Assembly (NCBI RefSeq): GCF_020745735.1
Contig: NC_083437.1
Coordinates: 44,255,955-44,319,954 of the forward strand
Reading direction: 5' to 3'
DNA length: 64,000 nt
From: Hemiscyllium ocellatum
Lineage: Eukaryota
Positions 1-12,100 of the stretch are shown in pieces; positions within the stretch are counted from its first letter, which is position 1, and each line of letters begins with the position of its first letter. Under the pieces are notes generated by a model, which was not told where the DNA came from, did no database searches, and saw only the letters and a list, made by a program, of their open reading frames with translations. A program made the translations under genes and the position numbers.

Positions 1-1564
1 AAGCGTGCGAGCGAGAGAGAAAAAGCGAGCGAGACAGACAGAAAAAGCAAGCGAGACAGAGAGAGAGAGAGCGAGAGAAAGAAAAAGCGAGAGAAAGAAA
101 AAGCGAGCGAGGGAGAGATAAAGCGAGCGAGACAGAAAAAGCGAGCGAGCGCGAGGGAGAGAAAAAGCGAGGGAGAGAAAAAGCGAGCGAGTGAGAGAGA
201 AAAATCGAGCGAGAGAGAGAGAGAAAAAGCAAGAGACAGGGAGAAAAAGCGAGCGAGAGAGAGAAAAAGCGAGCGAGCGAGAGAGAGAAATAGCGAGACA
301 GAGCGAGAGAAAAAGCAAGAAAGAGAGAGACAGAAAAAGCGAGAGAGCGAGAGAGCAAAAGCAAGAGAAAAAGCGAGAGAGAAAAAGCGAGAGTGCGAAA
401 AAGCGAGAGTGAAAATGCGAGCCAGAGAAAAAGCAAGCGAGACAGAAAAAGCGAGAGAGAGAAAAAGCGAGAGACAGACAGAAAAAGCGAGCGAGACAGA
501 AAAAGCGAGCGAGACAGAGAGAGAGAGAGCACGAGGGAGAGAAAAAGCGAGCGAGAGAAAAGCGAGAGAGAGAGAGAGAAAGAAAAAGCGAGCAAGACAG
601 AAAAAACGAGCGAGACAGAAGAAGCGATCAAGAGAGAGATAAAAAAGCGAGCGAGACAGACAGAAAAAGCGAGCGAGACAGGAAAAACGAGCGAGACAGA
701 AAAAACGAGCGAGACAGAAAAAACGAGCGAGACAGAAAAAACGAGCGAGACAGAAAAAACGAGCGAGACAGAAAAAACGAGCGAGACAGCGGAAAAGCAA
801 GAGAGCAAGAGAAAAAGCGAGAGAGCAAAAGCAAGAGCGCGAGGGAGAAAAAGCGAGAGCGCGAAAAAGCGAGAGCGCGAGAGCGAAAATGCGAGCGAGA
901 GAAAAAGCGAGCGACAGACAGAAAAAGCGAGCGAGACAGAAAAAGCGAGCGAGAGACAGACAGAAAAAGCGAGCGAGAGACAGACAGAAAAAGCGAGCGA
1001 GAGACAGACAGAAAAAGCGAGCGAGACAGAAAAAGCGAGCGAGACAGCGGAAAAGCGAGAGAGACAGCGGAAAAGCGAGAGAGACAGCGGAAAAGCGAGA
1101 GAGCGGAAAAGCAAGAGAGCGAGAGAAAAAGCGAGAGCGCAAAAGCGAGAGCGCGAGGGAGAAAAAGCGAGAGCGCGAAAAAGCGAGAGCGCGAGAGCAA
1201 AAATGCGAGCGAGAGAAAAAGCAAGAGACAGACAGAAAAAGCGAGCGAGACAGAAAAAGGGAGCGAGAGAGACAGAAAAAGCGAGCGACAGAGAGAAAAA
1301 CCGAGCGACAGAGAGAAAAAACCGAGCGACAGACAGAAAAAAGCGAGCGAGGGAGAAAAAGCGAGCGAGGGAGAAAAAGCGAGAGAGCGCGTAATAGCGA
1401 GACAGAGCGAGAGAAAAAGAAAGAGAGAGACAGAAAAAGCGAGAGCGTGGAAAAGCGAGTGCGCGGAAAAGCGAGAGAGCGAGAGAGAAAAAGCGAGAGC
1501 GCGAAAAAGCAAGACAAAAAGCGAGAGACAGACAGAAAAAGCGAGCGAGACAGAAAAAGCGAGC

Positions 1565-1604
<40 letters not shown>

Positions 1605-2877
1605 AAAAGCGAGCGAGGGAGAGAAAAATCAAGCGAGAGAGAGAAAAAGCAAGCGAGAGAGAAAGAGAGAGAGAGAGAGGGAGAGAGAAAGAAAAAGCAA
1701 GCGAGGGAGAGAAAAAGCGAGCGAGGGAGAAAAAGCGAGCGAGAGAGAGAAAAAGTGAGACAGAGTGAGAGAAAAAGCAAGAAAGAGAGAGACAGAAAAA
1801 GTGAGAGCGCGGAAAAGCGAGAGAGCAGAAAAGCGAGAGAGCGAGAGAAAAAGCGAACAAGAGAGAGGAAAAAGCGAGAGACAGACAGAAAAAGCGAGAG
1901 ACAGACAGAAAAAGCGAGCGAGACAGAAAAAGCGAGCGAGACAGAAAAAGCGAGCGAAACAGAAAAAGCGAGCGAGACAGAGAGAGAGAGAGAGAGAGAG
2001 AGAAAGAAAAAGCGAGCGAGGGAGAGAAAAAGCGAGCGAGAGAGAGAAAAAGCAAGTGAGACAGAAAGAGAGAGAGAGAGGGAGAGAGAAAAAGCGAGCG
2101 AGGGAGTAAAAGCGAGCGAGAGAGAGAAAAAGAGAGACAGAGTGAGAGAAAAAGCAAGAAAGAGAGAGACAGAAAAAGTGAGAGCGCGGAAAAGCGAGAG
2201 CGTGGAAAAGCGAGAGCGCGGAAAAGCGAGAGCGCGGAAAAGCGAGAGAGCAAGAGAAAAAGCGAACAAGAGAGAGAAAAAAGCGAGAGACAGACAGAAA
2301 AAGCGAGCGAGACAGAGGAAGGGAGTGAGAGAGAGAAAAAAAGCGAGAGACAGGCAGAAAAAGCGAGCGAGACAGAAAAAGCGAGCGAGACAGAAAAAGC
2401 GAGCGAGACAGAAAAAGCGAGCGAGACAGAGAGAGAGGGAGAGAGAAAGAAAGAAAAAGCGAGCGAGAGAGAGAAAAAGCGAGCAAGGGAGAAAAACCGA
2501 GCGAGGGAAAGAAATAGAGAGACAGAGTGAGAGAAAAAGCAAGAAAGAGAGAGACAGAAAAAGCGAGAGTGCGGAAAAGCGAGAGCGCGGAAAAGCGAGA
2601 GAGCGAGAGAGAAAAAGCGAGAGAGCGAGAGAGAAAAAGCGAGAGAGCGAGGGAGAAAAAGCGAGAGAGCGAGGGAGAAAAAGCGAGAGCGCGAAAAAGC
2701 AAGAGAAAAAACGAGAGACAGACAGAAAAAGCGAGCGAGACAGACAGAAAAAGCGAGCGAGACAGACAGAAAAAGCGAGCGAGACAGACAGAAAAAGCGA
2801 GCGAGACAGAGAGAAAGAAAGAAAAAGCGAGCGAGGGAGAGAAAAAGCGAGCGAGAGAGAGTAAAAGCAAGCGAGAC

Positions 2878-2908
<31 letters not shown>

Positions 2909-5585
2909 AAGAAAAAGCGAGCGAGGGAGAGAAAAAGCGAGCGAGGGAGAAAAAGCGAGACAGAGTGAGAGAAAAAGCGAGACAGAGTGAGAGAAAAAGC
3001 AAGAAAGAGAGAGACAGAAAAAGCGAGAGCGCGGGAGAAAAAGCGAGAGCGAAATTGCGAGCGAGAGAAAAAGCGAGAGACAGACAGAAAAAGCGAGCGA
3101 GACAGAAAAAGCGAGCGAGACAGAAAAAGCGAGCGAGACAGAAAACGCGAGCGAGACAGACAGAAAAAGCCAGCGAGACAGACAGAAAAAGCCAGCGAGA
3201 CAGACAAAGCGAGCGAGACAGACAAAGCGAGCGAGACAGACAAAGCGAGCGAGACAGACAGAGACAGAGACAGAGAGAGAGAGAGAAAGAAAAAGCGAGC
3301 GAGGGAGAGAAAAAGCGAGCGAGGGAGAGAGAAAAAGCACGAGACAGGGAGAAAAGGCGAGCGAGAGAGAGAAAAAGCGAGCGAGAGAGAGAAATAGCGA
3401 GACAGAGCGAGAGAAAAAGCAAGAAAGAGAGAGACAGGAAAAGCGAGAGCGCGGAAAAGCGAGAGCGCGGAAAAGCGAGAGAGCGGAAAAGCGAGAGAGC
3501 GGAAAAGCGAGAGAGCGAGAGAGAAAAAGCGAGACTGCGAGAGAAAAAGCGAGAGCGCGAGAGAAAAACCAAGAGAGCAAAAGCGAGAGAGCGAGGGAGA
3601 AAAGGCGAGAGCGCGAAATAGCGAGAGCGAAAGCGAAAATGCGAGCGAGAGAAAAAGTGAGAGACAGACAGAAAAAGCGAGCGAGACAGAAAAAGCGTGC
3701 GAGCGAGAGAGAAAAAGCGAGCGAGTCAGACAGAAAAAGCAAGCGAGTCAGAGAGAGAGAGCGAGAGAAAGAAAAAGCGAGAGAAAGAAAAAGCGAGCGA
3801 GGGAGAGATAAAGCGAGCGAGACAGAAGAAGCGAGCGAGAGACAGACAGAAAAAGCGAGCGAGACAGAAAAAGCGAGCGAGCGCGAGGGAGAGAAAAAGC
3901 GAGGGAGAGAAAAAGCGAGCGAGTGAGAGAGAAAAATCGAGCGAGAGAGAGAGAAAAAGCGAGCGAGTGAGAGAGAAAAATCGAGCGAGAGAGAGAGAAA
4001 AATCGAGCGAGAGAGAGAGAAAAATCGAGCGAGAGAGAGAGAAATCGAGCGAGAGAGAGAGAGAAAAAGCAAGAGACAGGGAGAAAAAGCGAGCGAGAGA
4101 GAGAAAAAGCGAGCGAGCGAGAGAGAGAAATAGCGAGACAGAGCGAGAGAAAAAGCAAGAAAGAGAGAGACAGAAAAAGCGAGAGAGCGAGAGAGCAAAA
4201 GCAAGAGAAAAAGCGAGAGAGAAAAAGCGAGAGTGCGAAAAAGCGAGAGTGAAAATGCGAGCAAGAGAAAAAGCGAGAGACAGAGAAAAAGCAAGCGAGA
4301 CAGAAAAAGCGAGCGAGAGAGAAAAAAAGCGAGAGACAGACAGAAAAAGCGAGCGAGACAGAAAAAGCGAGCGAGAGAGAGAAAAAAAGCGAGAGACAGA
4401 CAGAAAAAGCGAGCGAGACAGAAAAAGCGAGCGAGAGAGAGAAAAAAAGCGAGCGAGACAGAAAAAGCGAGCGAGACAGAAAAAGCGAGCGAGACAGAAA
4501 AAGCGAGCGAGACAGAGAGAGAGAGAGCACGAGGGAGAGAAAAAGCGAGCGAGAGAAAAGCGAGAGAGAGAGAAAGAAAAAGCGAGCAAGACAGAAAAAA
4601 CGAGCGAGACAGAAGAAGCGAGCGAGACAGACAGAAAAAGCGAGCGAGACAGAAAAACGAGCGAGACAGGAAAAACGAGCGAGACAGGAAAAACGAGCGA
4701 GACAGAAAAAACGAGCGATACAGCGGAAATGCAAGAGAGCAAGAGAAAAAGCGAGAGAGCAAAAGCGAGAGCGCGAGGGAGAAAATGCGAGCGAGAGAAA
4801 AAGCGAGCGACAGACAGAAAAAGCGAGCGAGACAGAAAAAGCGAGCGACAGACAGACAGAAAAAGCGAGCGAGACAGAAAAAGCGAGCGAGACAGAAAAA
4901 GCGAGCGAGACAGCGGAAAAGCGAGAGAGACAGCGGAAAAGCGAGAGAGACAGCGGAAAAGCGAGAGAGCGGAAAAGCAAGAGAGCGAGAGAAAAAGCGA
5001 GAGCGCAAAAGCGAGAGCGCGAGGGAGAAAAAGCGAGAGCGCGAAAAAGCGAGAGCGCGAGAGCAAAAATGCAAGCGAGAGAAAAAGCAAGAGACAGACA
5101 GAAAAAGCGAGAGAGACAGAAAAACCGAGCGACAGAGAGAAAAAACCGAGCGACAGAGAGAAAAAACCGAGCGACAGAGAGAAAAAACCGAGCGACAGAC
5201 CGAAAAAACCGAGCGACAGACCGAAAAAACCGAGCGACAGACCGAAAAAACCGAGCGACAGACCGAAAAAACCGAGCGAGGGAGAGAGAGAGAAAAAGTG
5301 AGCGAGAGAGAGAAAAAAGCGAGAGACAGACAGTGGAAGCGAGCGAGACAGAAGAAGCGAGAAAAAACGCAAGCGTGAAAAAGCGAGCAAGGGTGAAAAA
5401 GAGGGAGAAAAGCGAGAAATAGCGAGAGCGCGAGACAGAAAAAGCAAGAGTGAGACAGAAAAAGTGAGAGCTAAAGCGAGAGAGAAAAAGAGAAAAAGCG
5501 AGAGAGACAAAGCGAGAGAGACAGAAAAAGCGAGAGAGAGAGAGAGAAAGAGAAAGCGAGAGAGAGAGAAAGAGAAAGCAAGAGA

Positions 5586-5617
<32 letters not shown>

Positions 5618-8600
5618 CAGAAAACGCGAGACAGCGAGAGAGACAGAAAAAGCGAAAGAAAGACAGACAGAAAAAGCGAGAGAGAAAATGCGTGAGAGAA
5701 AGAAAAAGTGAGAGAGTGACAGAAAAAGCAAGAGAGAGAAACAGAAAAAGCGAGAGAGAAAGAAAAAGCAAGAGAGACAGATAGAAAAAACGAGAGAGAA
5801 AAAGAGAGAGAAAGAAAAAAACGAGAGAGACAGAAAAAGCGTGAGAGAGAGACAGACAAAAAAGGCGCGAGAGAAAAAGCGAGAGAGAGAAAAAGCAAGA
5901 GACGCAGACAGACAGAAAAAGCAAGAGAGAGACAGCAAGAGAGAAAGTGAGAGTGTGACAAGAAAAGCGCGAGAGAAAAAGCGAGCGAAAAAGCGAGCAG
6001 GAGAAAAAGCAAGCACGAGAGAGAAAGAGCGAGAGAAAAAGCGAGCGAACGACAGAAAAAGCGAGAAAGGGCAAAAAAGCGAGAGAGAAAAAGCGAGCGA
6101 GAGAAAGCGTGCCAGAGAAAAAGCTAACACGAGAGAAAAAAAAGGAGTGAGCGAGAGAAAAAGCGGGCAAGCGAAAAAGCGAACGAGCGAGAGAAAAAGC
6201 GAGCACGAGAGAGAAAAAGCGAGCGAGAGACAAAGTGAGCGAGAGAAAAAGCGAACGAGAGAAAAAGAGGGAGAAAAAGCAAGCGAGAGAGAAAAAGCGA
6301 GAGCGCGAGAGAGAAAAGGCGAGAGAGAGAGCAAAAGCGTGAGAGAAAAAGCGAGACAGAAAAAGCGAGGGAGAGAAAAAACAAGCGAGAGAACAAAAGC
6401 AAGCAAGAGAGACAGAAAAGGCGAGAAAAAAAGCGAGCGAGAGCAAAAAAGCGAGACAGAGCGAGAGAAAAAGCAAGCAAGAGAGAGACAGAAAAAGCGA
6501 GCGAGAGAGCGAAAATGCGAGCGAGAGAAAAAAGCGAGCGAGAGAGACAGAAAAAGCGAGCGAGACAGAAAAAATGAGCGAGAGAGAAAAAGCGAGCGAG
6601 AGAGAAAGCGAGCGAGACAGACAGAAGAAGCGAGCGAGACAGAGGAAGCGAGCGAGACAGAGGAAGCGAGCGAGACAGAGGAAGCGAGCGAGACAGAGAA
6701 AAAAGCGAGAGACAGACAGAAAAAGCGAGCGAGACAGAAGAAGCGAGCGAGACAGAAGAAGCGAGCGAGACAGAAGAAGCGAGAAAAATAAAGCGAGAGC
6801 GCAAAAAAGCGAGCGAGAGAGCGCAAAAGCGAGAGAAAACGTGAGCGCGAGAGAAAAAGCGAGCAAGAGAGAGACAGAAAAAGCGAGCGAGAGCACGAAA
6901 ATGCGAGCGAGAAAAAAGCGAGAGCCAGACAGAAGAAGCGAGTGAGACAGAAGAAGTGAGCGAGACAGAAAAAGCGAGCAAGAGAGAGAAAAAAAGCGAG
7001 AGACAGAGAGAAAAAGTGAGCGAGACAGAAAAACGAGCGAGACAGAAAAAACGAGCGAGACAGAAAAAGCGAACAAGAGAGAGAAAAAAGCGAGAGACAG
7101 ACAGAAAAACGAGCGAGACAGAAAAAGCGATCGAGAGAGAGAGAGAAAAAGCGAACGAGAGAGTAATAGTGAGACAGACCTAGAGAAAAAGAAAGAGAGA
7201 GACGGAAAAAGCGAGCGGAAAAGCGAGAGAGCAAAAGCGAGAGAGCAAGAGCAAAAGCGAGAGAGCGAGAGAAAAAGCGAGCGAGAGAAAAAGTGAACCA
7301 GAGAGAAAAAAGCGAGAGGCAGACAGAAAAAGCAAGCCAGACAGAAAAACGAGCGAGACAGAAAAAGCGAGCGAGAGAGAAAAAACGCGAGAGACAGAAA
7401 AAGCGAGCGAGACAGAAAAAGCGAGCGAGAAAAAGCGCGAGTGAGACAGACAGAAAAAGCGAACGAGACAGAAAACGTGAGCGAGACAGAAAAACGAGCG
7501 AGACAGAAAAAGCGAACAAGAGAGAGAAAAAAGCGAGAGACAGACAGAAAAACGAGCGAGACAGAAAAAGCGATCGAGAGAGAGAGAGAAAAAGCGAACG
7601 AGAGAGTAATAGTGAGACAGACCTAGAGAAAAAGAAAGAGAGAGACGGAAAAAGCGAGAGCGGAAAAGCGAGAGAGCAAAAGCGAGAGAGCAAAAGCGAG
7701 AGAGCAAGAGCAAAAGCGAGAGAGCGAGAGAAAAAGCGAGCGAGAGAAAAAGTGAACCAGAGAGAAAAAAGCGAGAGGCAGACAGAAAAAGCAAGCCAGA
7801 CAGAAAAACGAGCGAGACAGAAAAAGCGAGCGAGAAAAAGCGCGAGTGAGACAGACAGAAAAAGCGAACGAGACAGAAAAAGCGAGCGAGACAGAAAAAG
7901 CGAGCGAGAGCGAAAAAAAGCAAGAGACAGACAGAAAAAGCGAGCGAGAGCGCGCAAAAGCGAGAGAGAAAAAGCGAGCGAGACAGAAAAAGCGAGCGAG
8001 ACAGAAAAAGCGAGCGAGAGAAAAAAGCGAGCGAGACAGAAAAAACAAGCGAGAAAGAAAAAACGAGCGAGAAAGAAAAAACGAGCGAGAAAGAAAAAAC
8101 GAGCGAGAAAGAAAAAACGAGCGAGAGAAAAAGCAAGAGACAGACAGAAAAAGCGAGCGAGACAGAAAAAGGGAGCGAGAGAGACAGAAAAACCGAGCGA
8201 CAGAGAGAAAAAACCGAGCGACAGAGAGAAAAAACCGAGCGACAGAGAGAAAAAACCGAGCGACAGACCGAAAAAACCGAGCGAGGGAGAGAGAGAGAAA
8301 AAGCGAGCGAGGGAGAGAAAAAAGCGAGACAGAGAAAAAAGCGAGCGAGACAGAAAAAGTGAGCGAGAGAGAGAAAAAAGCGAGAGACAGACAGTGGAAG
8401 CGAGCGAGACAGAAAAAGCGAGCGAGACAGAAAAAGCGAGCGAGAGAGAGAAAAAAGCGAGCGAGACAGAAAAAACAAGCGAGAAAGAAAAAACGAGCGA
8501 GAAAGAAAAAACGAGCGAGAAAGAAAAAACGAGCGAGAGAAAAAGCAAAGAGAGAAAAAAAGCGAGAGACAGACAGAAAAAGTGAGAGAGACAGAAAAAC

Positions 8601-9149
8601 GAGCAACAGAAAAAGCGAGCGAGACAAAAAGTGAGCAAGAGAGAGAAAAAAAGCGAGAGACAGACAGAAAAAGAGAGACAGAAAAAGCGAGCAAGAGGGA
8701 GAAAAAAAGCGAGTGAGACAGAAAGAGCGAGAGAGAGCAAAAGCGAGCGAGAGAGAGAAAAAGCGAGCGTGAGAAAAAGCGAGCAAGAGAGAGAAAAAAG
8801 CGAGAGACAGACAGAAAAAGTGAGCGAGACAGAAAAAGCGAGCGAGACAGAAAAAGCGAGCGAGACAGAAAAAGCGAGCGAGACAGAAAAAGCGAGCGAG
8901 AGAGAGAAAAAAAGCGACAGACAGAAAAAGCGAGCGAGACAGAAAAAGCGAGCAAGAGAGAGAAAAAAAGCGAGAGACAGACAGAAAAAGTGAGAGAGAC
9001 AGAAAAAGCGAGCGAGACAGAAAAAGCGAGCAAGAGAGAGAAAAGAAAGCGAGAGACAGAAAAAGCGAGCGAGACAGAAAAAGCGAGCGAGACAGAAGAA
9101 GCGAGCGAGACAGAAGAAGCGAGCGAGACAGAAGAAGCGAGCGAGACAG

Positions 9150-12100
9150 AAGAAGCAATCAAGAGAGAGAGAAAAAGCGAGCAAGAGATTCAGAAAAAGC
9201 GAGAGAGAGCCAAAAAGAAACAGCGAGAGAGAGAAAAAGCAAGCGAGAGAAAAAGCAAAAGAGAAGAGAAAAAGCGAGAGAGAGAAAAGGGGAGTGAGAG
9301 AGAGGGAAAAAAAGCGAAAGAGAAAAGTGAGAGAGAAAGCGAGAACGAGAGAAAAAGCGAGACAGAAAAAGCGAGGGAGAGAAAAAGCAAGTGAGAGAAC
9401 AAAAGCAAGCGAGAGAGACAGAAAAGGCGAGAAAAAAAGCGAGAGCACGAAAAGGCGAGCGAGAGCAAAAAAGCGAGACAGAGCGAGAGAAAAAGCGAGC
9501 GAGAGAGAGAGACAGAAAAAGCGAGCGAGAGCGCGAAAATGCAAGCGAGAGAAAAAAGCGAGCGAGAGAGACAGAAAAAGCAAGCGAGAGAGAGACAGAA
9601 AAAGCGAGCGAGAGCGCGAAAATGCGAGCGAGAGAAAAAAGCGAGCGAGTGAGACAGAAAAAGCAAGCGAGAGAGAGAAAAAAAGCGAGAGACAGACAGA
9701 AAAAGCGAGTGAGAGAGAAAAAGCGAGCGAGAGAGAAAAAGCGAGCGAGAGAGACAGAAGAAGCGAGCGAGACAGAAAAAGCGAGCGAGACAGAAAAAGC
9801 GAGCGAGAGCGCGAAAATGCGAGCGAGAGAAAAAAGCGAGCGAGAGAGACAGAAAAAGCAAGCGAGAGAGAGAAAAAAAGCGAGAGACAGACAGAAAAAG
9901 TGAGAGAGACAGAAAAAGCGAGCGAGACAGAAAAAGCGAGCAAGAGAGAGAAACGAAAGCGAGAGACAGAAAAAGCGAGCGAGACAGAAAAAGCGAGCGA
10001 GACAGAAAAAGCAATCAAGAAAGAGAGAAAAAGCGAGCAAGAGATTCAGAAAAAGCGAGAGAGAGCCAAAAAGAAACAGCGAGAGAGAGAAAAAGCAAGC
10101 GAGAGAAAAAGCAAAAGAGAAGAGAAAAAGCGAGAGAGAGAAAAGGGGAGTGAGAGAGAGGGAAAAAAAGCGAAAGAGAAAAGTGAGAGAGAAAGCGAGA
10201 ACGAGAGAAAAAGCGAGACAGAAAAAGCGAGGGAGAGAAAAAGCAAGTGAGAGAACAAAAGCAAGCGAGAGAGACAGAAAAGGCGAGAAAAAAAGCGAGA
10301 GCACGAAAAGGCGAGCGAGAGCAAAAAAGCGAGACAGAGCGAGAGAAAAAGCGAGCGAGAGAGAGAGACAGAAAAAGCGAGCGAGAGCGCGAAAATGCAA
10401 GCGAGAGCGCGAAAATGCGAGCGAGAGAAAAAAGCGAGCGAGAGAGACAGAAAAAGCAAGCGAGAGAGAGACAGAAAAAGCGAGCGAGAGCGCGAAAATG
10501 CGAGCGAGAGAAAAAAGCGAGCGAGAGACAGACAGAAAAAGCGAGCGAGAGAGAAAAAGCGAGCGAGACAGACAGAAGAAGCGAGCGAGACAGAGGAAGC
10601 GAGCGAGAGAGAGAAAAAAGCGAGAGACAGACAGAAAAAGCGAGCGAGACAGAAGAAGCGAGAAAAATAAAGCGAGAGCGCAAAAAAGCGAGCGAGAGAC
10701 AGACAGAAAAAGCGAGCGAGAGAGCACAAAAGCGAGAGAGAAAAAGCGAACGTGAGAGAAAAAGCGAGCAAGAGAGAGACAGAAAAAGCGAGCGAGAGCG
10801 CGAAAATGCGAGCGAGAAAAAAGTGAGAGCCAGACAGAAGAAGCGAGCGAGACAGAAGAAGCGAGCGAGACAGAAAAAGCGAGCACGAGAGAAAGCAAGA
10901 GACAGACAGAAAAAGCGAGCGAGAGAGCGCAAAAGCGAGAGAGAAAAAGCGAGCGCGAGAGAAAAAGCGAGCAAGAGACAGAAAAAGCGAGCGAGAGCGA
11001 AAATGCGAGCGAGAAAAAAGTGAGAGCCAGACAGAAGAAGCGAGCGAGACAGAAAAAGCGAGCGAGACAGAAAAAGCGAGCAAGAGAGAGAAAAAAAGCG
11101 AGAGACAGAGAGAAAAAGTGAGCGAGACAGAAAAACGAGCGAGACAGAAAAAACGAGCGAGAGAGAAAAAGCGAACAAGAGAGAAAAAAAGAGAGAGACA
11201 GACAGAAAAAGCGAGCGAGACGGAAAAAGCGAGCGAGACGGAAAAAGCGAGCAAGAGAAAGAGAGAGAAAAAGCGAGCGAGAGAGTAATAGTGAGAGAGA
11301 CTGAGAGAAAAAGAAAGAGAGAGACGGAAAAAGCAAGAGCGGAAAAGCGAGAGAGCGAGAGCAAAAGCGAGAGAGCAAGAGAAAAAGCGAGCGAGAGAAA
11401 AAGTGAACCTGAGAGAAAAAGCAAGCGAGACAGAAAAAGCGAGCGAGACAGAAAAAGCGAGCGAGAGAGCAAAAAAGCGAGCGAGAGAGCAAAAAAGCGA
11501 GCGAGAGAGCGAGACAGAGTGAGAGAAAAAGAGAGAGACAGAAAAAGCGAGAGAGCGGAAAAGCGAGAGAGCAGAAAAGCAAGAGAGCGAGAGAAAAAAG
11601 CGAGAGACAGACAGAAAAAGCAGGCGAGACAGAAAAAGCAGGCGAGACAGAAAAAGCAGGCGAGACAGAAAAAGCAGGCGAGACAGAAAAAGCAGGCGTG
11701 ACAGAAAAAGCGAGCGAGACAGAAAAAGCGAGCGAGACAGAAAAAGCGAGGAAGAGAAAAAGCGAGCAAGAGAGAGAAAAAAGCGAGCGAGCGAGACAGA
11801 AAAAGCGAGCGAGACAGAAGAAGCAAGCGAGACAGAAAAAGCGAGAAAAAAAAGCGAGCGCGAGAAAAAGCGAGCGAGAGTGAAAAAGCGAGCGAGAGCG
11901 AAAAAAAGCAAGAGAGACAGACAGAAAAAGCGAGCGAGAGTGAAAAAGCGAGCGAGAGCGAAAAAAAGCAAGAGAGACAGACAGAAAAAGCGAGCGAGAG
12001 AGCGCAAAAGCGAGGGAGAAAAAGCGAGCGCGAGAGAAAAAGCGAGCAAGAGAGAGACAGAAAAAACGAGCGAGACAGAAAAAGCGAGCGACAGAGAGAA

